From positions 225 through 64,224 of the forward strand of contig JAZNOJ010000103.1 in assembly GCA_045580735.1 (NCBI GenBank): a stretch of 64,000 nt of DNA, given 5' to 3'. Below are positions 19,535-28,830 of this stretch, in pieces. This DNA comes from Candidatus Egerieisoma sp. Lineage in GTDB: Bacteria; Bacillota; Clostridia; UBA1212; UBA1255. A program made the translations under genes and the position numbers. Every line of letters starts with the position of its first letter. The stretch's first letter is position 1. The notes under the pieces were generated by a model. That model did not search any database and had not been told where the DNA came from. It was given only the letters and a program-made list of their open reading frames with translations.

Positions 19535-20611
19535 ATGAAAAGTAAACAAAAACTAACAAAAAACGAAAAGAAAAGTCGATTTTCAATTACTATTCTTTTT
19601 TCATCAATCATATTTATAACAGTACTATTATCTATTGGCATAGCATCTATAGTAACATATATATTATTTAAAATAGGGGTAATAGATTCTAATATTGCAC
19701 AAGGTTCAGATATAAAAGCGATTGTTTTATTAATGAGCATTTCAAGTATAATAATTGGCTCAGGATTAACAGCATTAACCTGTAATTATCCATTAAAATT
19801 CGTTAATTCTATTATTTTACAGATAAATAGGCTAGCATCGGGTGATTTCAGCGCACGTCTGTACTTTAAAAAACCAATCGGTTCACATCCTGCCTTCAAG
19901 GAAATATCAAACAGTTTTAATAAAATGGCAGAAGAATTAGGCTCAACTGAAGTTCTGCGTTCTGACTTTGTCAACAACTTCTCACATGAATTTAAAACAC
20001 CTATTGTATCTATTGCCGGATTTGCAAAGCTGTTAAAAAGAGAAAGTATTTCTAACGAACAAAAGCTTGAATATATATCCATAATAGAAGAAGAATCTTT
20101 AAGACTAGCAACAATGGCAAATAATGTTTTGAATTTAACTAAAATAGAGAATCAAACAATCCTAACAAATTTAAGCAGCTTCAATTTATCTGAGCAAATT
20201 CGCTCGTGCGTTCTTTTAGCTGAAAAGAAATGGCTCAAAAAGAATTTGAATTTCTCATTGGATTTCGATGAATTTATTATCCAAGCAAATGAGGAATTAC
20301 TAAAAGAGGTATGGATAAATTTAATAGATAACGCAATAAAATTTTCTCCCAAAAATGATATTGTTTCTATAGAAATAACCGAAACAGTCTCTGCCACTAT
20401 TGTCAATATTTCGAACAAAGGTTCAATTTCACCAAATAATTATAAAAAAATATTTAACAAGTTTTATCAAGAGGACGAATCACATGCTTGCGAGGGTAGT
20501 GGAATAGGTCTTTCAATATCAAAAAAAATAATCGATTTGCACAAAGGGAAAATATCCGTCACCTCAACAAATGGAATTGTAACATTTAAAATTGAACTTC
20601 CAAGAAAATAA
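19535..20611 (+). CDS. sensor histidine kinase (2 TM with ~17-aa loop, HAMP, HisKA, HATPase_c)
   Basis: 358 aa. H-box FSHEFKTPIVSI, N-box NLIDNAIKFSP, G2 box EGSGIGLSISKKI. The very short extracytoplasmic loop suggests an intramembrane-sensing type. Confidence 0.9.
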   Translation: MKSKQKLTKNEKKSRFSITILFSSIIFITVLLSIGIASIVTYILFKIGVIDSNIAQGSDIKAIVLLMSISSIIIGSGLTALTCNYPLKFVNSIILQINRLASGDFSARLYFKKPIGSHPAFKEISNSFNKMAEELGSTEVLRSDFVNNFSHEFKTPIVSIAGFAKLLKRESISNEQKLEYISIIEEESLRLATMANNVLNLTKIENQTILTNLSSFNLSEQIRSCVLLAEKKWLKKNLNFSLDFDEFIIQANEELLKEVWINLIDNAIKFSPKNDIVSIEITETVSATIVNISNKGSISPNNYKKIFNKFYQEDESHACEGSGIGLSISKKIIDLHKGKISVTSTNGIVTFKIELPRK

Positions 20612-20783
20612 TTTTCCAAATTTTAAAATTCTTAATATATATATTCGTAAAAATATCAAAAACTGTAAAATTCTGCTATTGTTTATTTTTAGTTAATAAA
20701 GGAGGTATATAATCCCTTTGGAAAATAAAGGTATACCCCTAGCCTTTACTAAACTAAACATATAAACGCAAGGATGAAAAAAA

Positions 20784-21677
20784 ATGAACAAAATCAAAAT
20801 TATTACTGACTCATGCTCCGACCTAAGCTCAGAGCTTTTAGAAAAATACAATATTGATTATGCAAAAATGTCGACAGTTCTGGATGGCATCGAGACTCCG
20901 GCAGTGCTCACTTGGAGTGACGAGGATGCTCATAATCTGTATGAAACTATTCGAGGCGGCAAGCGTGTCATCACTGCCCAGGTAAGCACTCATGAATTTA
21001 ACGACATATTTGAAAAATATTTATCTCAAAATTATGACATTATTTACATAGGCTGTTCTTCAAAGCAATCAGGCTCTGTAAATACAGGTAGCATAATTGC
21101 AAATAACCTTTTATCTAAATATCCAAACTCAAAAATTGCGTGTATAGATTCGCAAAATGCTTCGATCGGAGAAGGAATGTTAGCCATCGAGGCTGCAAAA
21201 ATGGTCGAAACTCATTCTTTTGAGGAAATTACAAAGCAGATTATTGACATACGTAAAACAGTAAATCAATATGTCACAGTTCATACGCTTGACCATTTAA
21301 AAAAAGCAGGTAGAGTATCTGCATCATCTGCATTTTTTGGAAATTTGATGGGCGTAAAGCCGATACTAATTTCAGATATAAATGGCACACAATTTGCTTT
21401 CAAAAAGGTTAAAGGACGTCGTAGCTCACTAAATACGATAATTTCACTTTTAAAAGATAGTATCATAGCTCCAGAAAAACAAACAATATACATCGCCCAC
21501 GCCGACTGTAATAAGGATGAAATATCAGATTTCGTACAAGCTGTCAAAGCAGAAATCAATTGCATTGATGTATATACCGTTTACATTGGTCCAATAATAG
21601 GTGCTTCTATAGGACCTGATGCCATAGGTATATGGGGGTTCGGTAAAAGTGTAGAATTAGAATATAAAGACAACTAG
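20784..21677 (+). CDS. DegV-family fatty-acid-binding protein (FakB-like)
   Basis: 297 aa. KIITDSCSDL N-terminus, QVSTHEF, LDHLKKAGRVS pattern of DegV proteins. Confidence 0.88.
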   Translation: MNKIKIITDSCSDLSSELLEKYNIDYAKMSTVLDGIETPAVLTWSDEDAHNLYETIRGGKRVITAQVSTHEFNDIFEKYLSQNYDIIYIGCSSKQSGSVNTGSIIANNLLSKYPNSKIACIDSQNASIGEGMLAIEAAKMVETHSFEEITKQIIDIRKTVNQYVTVHTLDHLKKAGRVSASSAFFGNLMGVKPILISDINGTQFAFKKVKGRRSSLNTIISLLKDSIIAPEKQTIYIAHADCNKDEISDFVQAVKAEINCIDVYTVYIGPIIGASIGPDAIGIWGFGKSVELEYKDN

Positions 21678-21818
21678 TTTCTTACACTCTGAACTAGCCT
21701 GATTTTAAAATTTTCTATATGTAATTAGAAGTATGTTTTTAATCAAAAAAGCAACATAATTGTTTGTAGAAATAATTTAATGATATAATAACAAAAATAT
21801 TAAGGAGTTATATATTAT

Positions 21819-22445
21819 ATGGAAGTATTAATATTTATATTTGCTGCGATAATAAGTTATCTTGTCGGAGGATGGAATCCTGCAATAACCTTTTCTAAAG
21901 CAATATACAAGAAAGATATTCGTGACTGTGGAAGTGGAAATCCTGGCTTTACCAACTTCAAACGAACCTTTGGTGGAAAATGGGCATGGTGGGTATTTGC
22001 TCTAGATATTTCAAAAGCGGCAATAGTTGTAAGTATCTTCGCATTTTTATTTAGTAAAAACGTAGGCAGCTTTAAACTAGGGGCCGCCTATGCAGGTGCA
22101 TTTTGTTTTTTAGGACATTTATTTCCTATATGGTATAAATTCAAAGGCGGGAAAGGCTTTCTGGTATGCTTTTCAACAATCTGGTTTATTGACTATAGAG
22201 CAGGATTAGTAGCATTAGCTTTGATGGTAATATTGCTACTAATCACAAAATACATGTCGCTTTCAACCGTTATCGCAATATTATCATGTCCTGTTACTTT
22301 ATTATTAACTCATACAAACTATATTGTTATAATAATTTATTCTCTGTGTGCTTTATTAATGGCTTTTCGCCACAAAGAAAATTTCAAGCGATTAGTAAAA
22401 GGGACTGAATCAAAATTTTATCTTCACTCCAAAAACAAGAAATAA
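21819..22445 (+). CDS. plsY: acyl-phosphate:glycerol-3-phosphate acyltransferase
   Basis: 208 aa membrane protein. Motifs GSGNPGFTN and GHLFPIWYKFKGGKG. Confidence 0.9.
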   Translation: MEVLIFIFAAIISYLVGGWNPAITFSKAIYKKDIRDCGSGNPGFTNFKRTFGGKWAWWVFALDISKAAIVVSIFAFLFSKNVGSFKLGAAYAGAFCFLGHLFPIWYKFKGGKGFLVCFSTIWFIDYRAGLVALALMVILLLITKYMSLSTVIAILSCPVTLLLTHTNYIVIIIYSLCALLMAFRHKENFKRLVKGTESKFYLHSKNKK

Positions 22446-22530
22446 AAACACTAAATGTTTATACATATCTATATTTAAGCACTAAAATCTTATAGACCTA
22501 CTATATGAGCAGAAAAGCTTTTTAAATGCG

Positions 22531-22576
22531 AAGAAATCCGGAGATTATTTTAACAAGAATCCCGGATTTCTTTTTC
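22531..22576 (+). terminator. Rho-independent terminator after plsY
   Basis: AAGAAATCCGG(a)GATT...AATCCCGGATTTCTT: an 11+4 bp stem followed by TTTT. Confidence 0.7.
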
Positions 22577-22637
22577 AATATTTTATAAAATTCTTTAAAT
22601 CAAGCTTCCATGTTATCGCAGAAAAATGTTTAAAAGA

Positions 22638-24173
22638 TCATTGTTTAATATCCTTTCTACAGAAGCTATCACGGCCAATCCAATACATGCACACAACAAG
22701 TATCACTGTATACAATATTGAAAAAACAGCAGATACCGAATCAGTTGGCCTTTCCACCAATCCAAATAGGTTAATGTTACTATTAGATGAAGTATACATA
22801 ATTTTATTAAACCATTCTATATTTCCAAAAGGAAGGAATTTAGAAATGTATGGACTTAATATTTCTCCTAAAATCATTTGAACAAAGCTTCCACCCCAAT
22901 ATATTCCCATGGATATAGCAACTGAAGCCGCAGTGTTTTTCGTTATACTAGAAAGCATAAATGCCATAGTCGCAAAGAATATCAATGGAACAATTGAACA
23001 AAGGCTGTATATCAATTGCGAAAGAGCAAAATTCATTGGTACTAACATACCACTAACATAATAAACATCCGTATAAAAATTGCTAAATCCAAACAATATG
23101 CCACTCAATAAAATTGATATAACATATGTATAAAGCGACAAAGCAATAGCTACCAACAATACTGTCATATATTTAGACAAATATATTTTCCATCTTTTCA
23201 CAGGTGCAATAATCAATGATTTTATCGAGCCGGTTGATATTTCATGAGAAATCATAGAGCCAGCTAAAATAATCAAAATAATTACCGAAAACATATTTCC
23301 TATGCTAAATGACATTGTAAATGCCAAGCTAACCTCTGAATTACCATCTGCATCATCTAGAATAGAACATTCAATTTTTTTATTTACAATATCTAAATCT
23401 CTTTGAACAAGCTCCAGCTCGTCAGCCGTTAAATTAAAGCCTTTTTCATAATCAACCTTGCTTTCTAATGTCTGCTCAAGCTTTGTTTTTTCCTCTATAA
23501 GACTCTCAGCTGTGTATTTTGCTGCCTGCGATTCATATTCTCCAGAAGGACAAATTTGTAATAGTAAATCATAATATTCAAGCTTTCTTTCCTTGTTAGT
23601 TGCTGACAAATTAGGATCATTTTCAATTTGTTCTTTCTTGTAATCTACATAATCCTTATAAGTAAAAGAATCAAGCATATCATAATATTTATTTATTTGC
23701 CCCTCTATTTCATCCTTTGTCATAAGATTTTCATCAAATGCCGGATCATACCAAGAAGATTCAGATTCCGCTAAAAGATGTTCGTAATGCGATATTTCAT
23801 CTAAAATATCATTCTTATATGAATATTCACTAACATCGTATTTTTGTCTAAGAACATAAAATACTTCATAGTCAATATCATCACATTTGCAAAAGTACAA
23901 CTCATCCTCTAATTCATAATATTTATCGGAGTCTTTTTCAACAGTTTTCATTTCTTCCTCTATTTGCTTGATTCTGTCCTTATTTGAGATATAATACTCC
24001 TCATCAAACAATAAAGAATTAGATGTTACAGATTCTGTTACAGTCGAAAAAAGCTTAACAAATGCAGTGCACCCAATCATTCCAACAGTCATGATAATAA
24101 GTAAAATTAATATAATAATTTTCTTGCTGGCTTTTAATATTTCATTTTGCATTAATACACCAAATTTACGCAA
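22638..24173 (-). CDS. ABC-2-type transporter permease with a large N-terminal extracytoplasmic acidic/coiled-coil domain
   Basis: One N-terminal TM helix, then ~250 aa rich in D/E/Y/K, then a block of ~5-6 TM helices. The likely start is TTG at 24173 (AGGAGG then 8 nt then TTG). The ORF track GTG at 24182 sits inside the SD sequence. Confidence 0.7.
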   Translation of the reverse strand: MRKFGVLMQNEILKASKKIIILILLIIMTVGMIGCTAFVKLFSTVTESVTSNSLLFDEEYYISNKDRIKQIEEEMKTVEKDSDKYYELEDELYFCKCDDIDYEVFYVLRQKYDVSEYSYKNDILDEISHYEHLLAESESSWYDPAFDENLMTKDEIEGQINKYYDMLDSFTYKDYVDYKKEQIENDPNLSATNKERKLEYYDLLLQICPSGEYESQAAKYTAESLIEEKTKLEQTLESKVDYEKGFNLTADELELVQRDLDIVNKKIECSILDDADGNSEVSLAFTMSFSIGNMFSVIILIILAGSMISHEISTGSIKSLIIAPVKRWKIYLSKYMTVLLVAIALSLYTYVISILLSGILFGFSNFYTDVYYVSGMLVPMNFALSQLIYSLCSIVPLIFFATMAFMLSSITKNTAASVAISMGIYWGGSFVQMILGEILSPYISKFLPFGNIEWFNKIMYTSSNSNINLFGLVERPTDSVSAVFSILYTVILVVCMYWIGRDSFCRKDIKQ

Positions 24174-25140
24174 TTGAAACACCTCCTCCGGTAATTTCTA
24201 TAAATGCTTCCTCTAGTGAATTGTCGAGCATTTTTACAGAATAAATATCAATATTTTCGTTTACCAAAAGCCTTATCAAATCAGGAACACTTTCTTTTCC
24301 TAAGCAAGCCTTGATTGTATTATTTTCCTCATCGATATCTACTTGGGTTGAGACTGTTTCATCAACCTCGCTACCTGACATATTACCTAAAATCATAGAA
24401 TTAACGATTTCTCCAGCCTTTTTCAAATCCTCGGCTTTTACCTCTATCGCGCATACTTGTTCTCTTGTAAAGAGATGCAATAATTCGTCGATTGGCTTAA
24501 CATCAATAATTCTTCCTTTATCTATAATTGCCACTCTGTCACACATCAATTCCATTTCGGCAAGCATATGGCTTGAAACCATTACAGCAATGCCTTCTTC
24601 ATGTGCAAGCTTTTTCAAAATATCGCGAAGCTCCTTTATTCCCGCAGGATCAAGACCATTTGTGGGCTCATCGAGAATAAGCAGCTTTGGCTTGTGGACA
24701 ATTGCCTGTGCAACTCCTATTCTCTGCTTCATTCCAAGTGAATATTTTTTTATTTTATCATTTGCTCTTTGCGTCATTCCGACAAGCTCTACTACTTCAG
24801 CAATTCTTTCCTGTGTCACACCATCATGGAGTCTAGAATACATTTGAAGATTTTGAATCCCGGTCATATCCTTATACATTTCCGGATTTTCAACTATTCC
24901 TCCAACAAGATTCATTGCCTTTTCATAATCCTTTTCCATGTTCATATCACAAATAGAAATATTTCCACTATCTGGAAATAAAAAACCCATAATCATTTTA
25001 ATGGTAGTTGTTTTTCCAGAGCCATTTGGGCCTAAAAAGCCAAAAATTTCACCAGCATATACATCAAAATTTACATTATCTATTACTTTTTTCTTACCAA
25101 AGCTTTTATTTAAATTTTTAACGCTTAAAATCTTTTCCAT
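24166..25140 (-). CDS. ABC transporter ATP-binding protein (ABC-2 subfamily, extra C-terminal domain)
   Basis: Walker A GPNGSGKTT, signature YSLGMKQR, Walker B LLILDEPTNGLD, H-loop SSH. The ATG at 25140 (MEKILSVKNL) is preceded by GGGGGG; the ORF track starts at 25158. Confidence 0.92.
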   Translation of the reverse strand: MEKILSVKNLNKSFGKKKVIDNVNFDVYAGEIFGFLGPNGSGKTTTIKMIMGFLFPDSGNISICDMNMEKDYEKAMNLVGGIVENPEMYKDMTGIQNLQMYSRLHDGVTQERIAEVVELVGMTQRANDKIKKYSLGMKQRIGVAQAIVHKPKLLILDEPTNGLDPAGIKELRDILKKLAHEEGIAVMVSSHMLAEMELMCDRVAIIDKGRIIDVKPIDELLHLFTREQVCAIEVKAEDLKKAGEIVNSMILGNMSGSEVDETVSTQVDIDEENNTIKACLGKESVPDLIRLLVNENIDIYSVKMLDNSLEEAFIEITGGGVSIA

Positions 25141-25151
25141 AATCTGCCCCC

Positions 25152-25718
25152 CTACCATGACATTACATCGAATATTTCCATACTAGAGTCAAAATAATCT
25201 GTAAACAGATAATTATGTGATATTATCTTTAAAGAATCTTTATTTTCGCACAATCTTATGGTGTATTGGCCAGAGCCGGTGTTAAATTCCTTTTCCATCG
25301 AAGCAGTATTTTCTGCATCTACGAAAACATAAAAATTACAATCAACGTATTTGCCATCATATGAATCACTAAATTCGCCTAATGATACACTCATTTTAGG
25401 ACAGAAATTTTCTGTTTGGTACTGTGACAATATTGCATTTTGTATATAAAAATCATATGCACTTTCATCATAAAAATAATTCTTAACTTCATTTTCTATA
25501 GATTTTATATATCCATCAGAATCATTTTGGTATTCCAATGGTATATTTCTCCATTGAACATCTTTCTCAAGGAACCCATATACAAAATCCTTGGATTGGG
25601 ACTTTAATGATTTTCCCTTAACAGATATACAAACTACATAAACAACTACTACCAACAACAAACATAAAAGCACTATAATGCCTCTATTAACCTTTTTCAT
25701 TAGCTTCACAATTATCAC
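25152..25718 (-). CDS. hypothetical N-terminally membrane-anchored protein, first gene of the ABC-2 module
   Basis: ORF with the signal-anchor GIIVLLCLLLVVVVYVVCI and no recognisable domain. The start is uncertain (GTG 25718, GTG 25709 or ATG 25700). Confidence 0.5.
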   Translation of the reverse strand: MIIVKLMKKVNRGIIVLLCLLLVVVVYVVCISVKGKSLKSQSKDFVYGFLEKDVQWRNIPLEYQNDSDGYIKSIENEVKNYFYDESAYDFYIQNAILSQYQTENFCPKMSVSLGEFSDSYDGKYVDCNFYVFVDAENTASMEKEFNTGSGQYTIRLCENKDSLKIISHNYLFTDYFDSSMEIFDVMSW

Positions 25719-25789
25719 CTCATCATCGCTAACAAATATATCATTTTTTCATTTTTTCTGCAACAACAAATAATGAAGTTCAAATCATA

Positions 25790-25818
25790 TTGACAACGTT
25801 AAACCATAGTAGTAAAAT
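25790..25818 (+). promoter_or_regulatory. sigma-A-type promoter for the riboswitch-folT-folC unit (TTGACA-17 nt-TAAAAT)
   Basis: TTGACAacgttaaaccatagtagTAAAAT: perfect -35, 17-nt spacer. Confidence 0.6.
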
Positions 25819-25862
25819 CCACAGAGCAGACATACTCTTTGCTTGTCTGTCATACTAATTAA

Positions 25863-25974
25863 CCAGAGCAGATATTGTGCGTTAAGTACCGAAGGATGGG
25901 AGTAGAGCCTTCGGGCGAAAAATGTCTTTTGCTTTCAAGCGATTGCATTTGCGGTTCAATGTCACATCCGCTGT
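25863..25974 (+). ncRNA. THF (tetrahydrofolate) riboswitch, THF-I class
   Basis: CAGAGCAGAUAUUGUGCGUUAAGUACCGAAGGAUGGGAGUAGAGCCUUCGGGCGAA...GCGGUUCAAUGUCACAUCCGCUG. This is collinear with the E. siraeum THF aptamer as I recall it, including the blocks GCGUUAAGU, AUGGGA, CGAA and GCGG...CAUCCGCU. It lies directly upstream of an ECF S-component gene plus folC. Confidence 0.75.
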
Positions 25975-26034
25975 AATCTGATAATATTCAGTCACAACAG
26001 ATGATGCTCTCTTTTAAAGAAAGGGAGTTTTTTT

Positions 26035-26595
26035 ATGTCTTTTCAAGCAAAACACAAAGAATTTCAAAAGCCTACGTTCATTTTTAATTTATATTCACTA
26101 GTAGGTATGTCACTTTTTATAGCATTAAGTATAGTATTTGGAAAATATTTAGCCTTTAATATTACCTCAGCCATAAGAATCAGTTTAGAAAATATACCTA
26201 TAATAATTGCAGCAATTGCATATGGACCGATTGCAGGTGCAATAGTTGGTGCAGCAGCTGATTTAATAGGATGTTTCCTAGTAGGATATTCTATTAATCC
26301 TATAATTACATTAGGTGCAATATCAATCGGTATAATTTCCGGAATATCTTACAAAATTTCAATTAAGCTTAGCAGTAAACCGCTTGTCCAAAGCCTTTTT
26401 TGTATACTTCCTTCACACATAATAGGCTCAGTTATAATCAAAACAATCGGCTTATACATTTATTACAAATTACCATTTTGGCTCACAATATCCACTAGAG
26501 CATTAACATATATAATTGTTTCAATAGCAGAAATAATTGTTTTATATATTTTATTAAATAGAAAGCTGATTACTAAATTTGCAAAAAAGAACTAA
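26035..26595 (+). CDS. folT: ECF transporter S component, folate family (FolT-like)
   Basis: 186 aa with ~6 TM helices, the size and topology of an ECF substrate-binding component. Specificity is inferred from the THF riboswitch upstream and folC downstream. Confidence 0.65.
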   Translation: MSFQAKHKEFQKPTFIFNLYSLVGMSLFIALSIVFGKYLAFNITSAIRISLENIPIIIAAIAYGPIAGAIVGAAADLIGCFLVGYSINPIITLGAISIGIISGISYKISIKLSSKPLVQSLFCILPSHIIGSVIIKTIGLYIYYKLPFWLTISTRALTYIIVSIAEIIVLYILLNRKLITKFAKKN

Positions 26596-26610
26596 CATCG
26601 GAGGTTTTTT

Positions 26611-27891
26611 ATGAATTACAACGAAGCACTCGAATATATACACGGAATTTATTGGCGCGGAAGCAAGCTAGGTCTTACACGTACGGAAGAAATTTTAAGA
26701 CTTTTAGGCAATCCACAAAACAAATTAAAATTCATACATGTAGCAGGCACAAATGGCAAGGGCTCAACATGTGCAATGCTAGAAGCTGTTTTTAGAAAGG
26801 CAGGCTACAATACAGGTTTATATATTTCACCATATATTCTTCGCTTCAATGAAAGAATGCAATATAACGGTGAACCTATTACTGATGAAGAGTTAGCAGA
26901 AATAACAGAATATGTAAGCCATTTTGCAGAAAGTATGCAGGATAAGCCAACTGAATTTGAACTTGTAACTGCTATCGGAATGGAATACTTTAAACGCAAA
27001 GGATGCGATATAGTAATACTTGAAACAGGGCTCGGTGGCGAGCTTGATTCCACAAATATAATCAACACCCCGGAAGCTGCTGTAATTACAGCTATAGACA
27101 TTGATCATATAAAGGAGCTTGGTGGCACAATGGAATCAGTTGCAGCAGCAAAAGCAGGTATTATTAAGGGTGGAAACGTAATATTTTATGGACAAAATGA
27201 AAAAGCATTAAATGTCATAAGCAAAAAATGTAAAGAAACTAATGCAAATCTTACGTGTGTTGATTTTTCAACTCTTGAAGTCGTTTCGACCTCAATAGAT
27301 AAAACTGTTTTTAATTTTACATTAAATGGAAAATTTTATCAAAATATGGAGCTTCCTTTGACAGGTACATACCAAATTTATAATGCTGCTCTTGTCTTAA
27401 CTGTTCTAGATAAATTATCTGATAAATTCATAATTTCAAAAGATGACATAAAAGCTGGTATTGCCACTGTAAAATGGCCCGGAAGATTTGAAATTTTATG
27501 TCACAATCCTACCTTTATTGCCGACGGAGGACACAATCCACACGGAATCAAAGGAACTGTTGATAGTATAAAACAACATTTTCCCGGCAAAAAAATTATT
27601 GCAATATTAGGCGTAATGGCAGACAAAGACACCTCTAAAATGTTTGAAATACTTGCGCCACTAATAAAATCAGCGCACACTGTCGAGCCACCAAATCCAA
27701 GAGCTATGAAGCCTAATGAATTGGCAAGCAGATTGTCAAAATTAGGAATCAATGCAATCTCTCACAACTCGGTTTATGATGGCGTCAAGTCAGCTTTTGA
27801 TGAAGCAAATGAAGATGATATAATCTGTGCACTAGGTTCATTTTACATGTATGCATATATATTAGACTCTGTCAAAAAAATTAAACAATAA
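26611..27891 (+). CDS. folC: folylpolyglutamate synthase / dihydrofolate synthase
   Basis: 426 aa. P-loop VAGTNGKGST, Mur-ligase pattern ILETGLGGELDSTN, DGGHNPHG. Confidence 0.92.
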   Translation: MNYNEALEYIHGIYWRGSKLGLTRTEEILRLLGNPQNKLKFIHVAGTNGKGSTCAMLEAVFRKAGYNTGLYISPYILRFNERMQYNGEPITDEELAEITEYVSHFAESMQDKPTEFELVTAIGMEYFKRKGCDIVILETGLGGELDSTNIINTPEAAVITAIDIDHIKELGGTMESVAAAKAGIIKGGNVIFYGQNEKALNVISKKCKETNANLTCVDFSTLEVVSTSIDKTVFNFTLNGKFYQNMELPLTGTYQIYNAALVLTVLDKLSDKFIISKDDIKAGIATVKWPGRFEILCHNPTFIADGGHNPHGIKGTVDSIKQHFPGKKIIAILGVMADKDTSKMFEILAPLIKSAHTVEPPNPRAMKPNELASRLSKLGINAISHNSVYDGVKSAFDEANEDDIICALGSFYMYAYILDSVKKIKQ

Positions 27892-27896
27892 AAAAA

Positions 27897-27938
27897 GGCT
27901 TCAGAATTCATATCAACTGTGAATTTTGAAGCTTTTTT
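27897..27938. terminator. bidirectional Rho-independent terminator between folC and accA
   Basis: AAAAAAGGCTTCAGAATTCA...TGAATTTTGAAGCTTTTTT: a hairpin flanked by an A-tract and a T-tract, between convergent genes. Confidence 0.7.
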
Positions 27939-28008
27939 AAGATGTTTTCATAACATCATCAATATATTTGATATATGGAGGGTATATCAAAAAGCAAATT
28001 TTCATCTG

Positions 28009-28785
28009 TTACATTTTTCTAAATCGTTTATATCTTTGTTCTATAAGCTCATCTACGGGTATATGGAGCTTTCTTTCTGTAGTTACTCTGAATCTTTTTT
28101 TCAAAGTATGATATATTCCTGTAAAATCCTTTCCATTTTCGCGGATAACTCTATCTACAATTCCCATTGAAAGTAAATCTGCTGCTGTTAGCTTTAAAGC
28201 CTTAGCTGCATCAGGTGCTTTTTTTGAATCCTTCCATAAAATGCTTGCGCACCCTTCAGGAGATATAACAGAATAAACAGAATTCTCCATCATCCACACT
28301 TCATCAGCAACACCTAGAGCTAACGCACCACCGCTACCACCTTCTCCAATCAAAAGCGTAATAATGGGAGTTTTTAATGTCATCATTTCATAAAGATTCT
28401 CAGCAATAGCCTGACCTTGCCCACGTTCCTCAGCATCTATACCACAATACGCACCTGAAGTATCAACTATGCAAATTACCGGACGGTGAAATTTTTCAGC
28501 TTGCTTCATCAGTCTCAATGCTTTTCTATATCCCTCTGGATGTGCAGAGCCGAAATTTCTATCAATTTTTTCAGACGTTTCAGTTCCTTTTTCAAGAGCT
28601 ATTACAGTGTAAGGAAAGCCATATAAAAAGCCTACACCACCAACAACCGCCTTATCATCGCCAAATCTTCTATCTCCATGAAATTCTGTAAAGTTTTCAA
28701 ATATATTATTTATATAGCTTTTAGCTGTAGGTCTACCCTTAGCTCTAGCAGCAAGTACTCTGTCATAATCTGTAACACGAGCCAT
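28009..28785 (-). CDS. accA: acetyl-CoA carboxylase carboxyltransferase subunit alpha
   Basis: 258 aa. RPTAKSYI, HGDRRFGDD, DTSGAYCGIDAEERGQGQAIA, GEGGSGGALAL. Confidence 0.93.
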   Translation of the reverse strand: MARVTDYDRVLAARAKGRPTAKSYINNIFENFTEFHGDRRFGDDKAVVGGVGFLYGFPYTVIALEKGTETSEKIDRNFGSAHPEGYRKALRLMKQAEKFHRPVICIVDTSGAYCGIDAEERGQGQAIAENLYEMMTLKTPIITLLIGEGGSGGALALGVADEVWMMENSVYSVISPEGCASILWKDSKKAPDAAKALKLTAADLLSMGIVDRVIRENGKDFTGIYHTLKKRFRVTTERKLHIPVDELIEQRYKRFRKM

Positions 28786-28830
28786 GTTTTACCTCCAATT
28801 TTCATTTTTAGCAATCGTTTTATATTCACG

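Noticed and set aside
20698-20765. AAGGAGG followed by a 15-codon TTG mini-ORF upstream of the DegV gene (possible leader peptide)
   Set aside because: The spacing of 11 nt to a TTG is poor, the peptide is unremarkable, and there is no associated attenuator structure.
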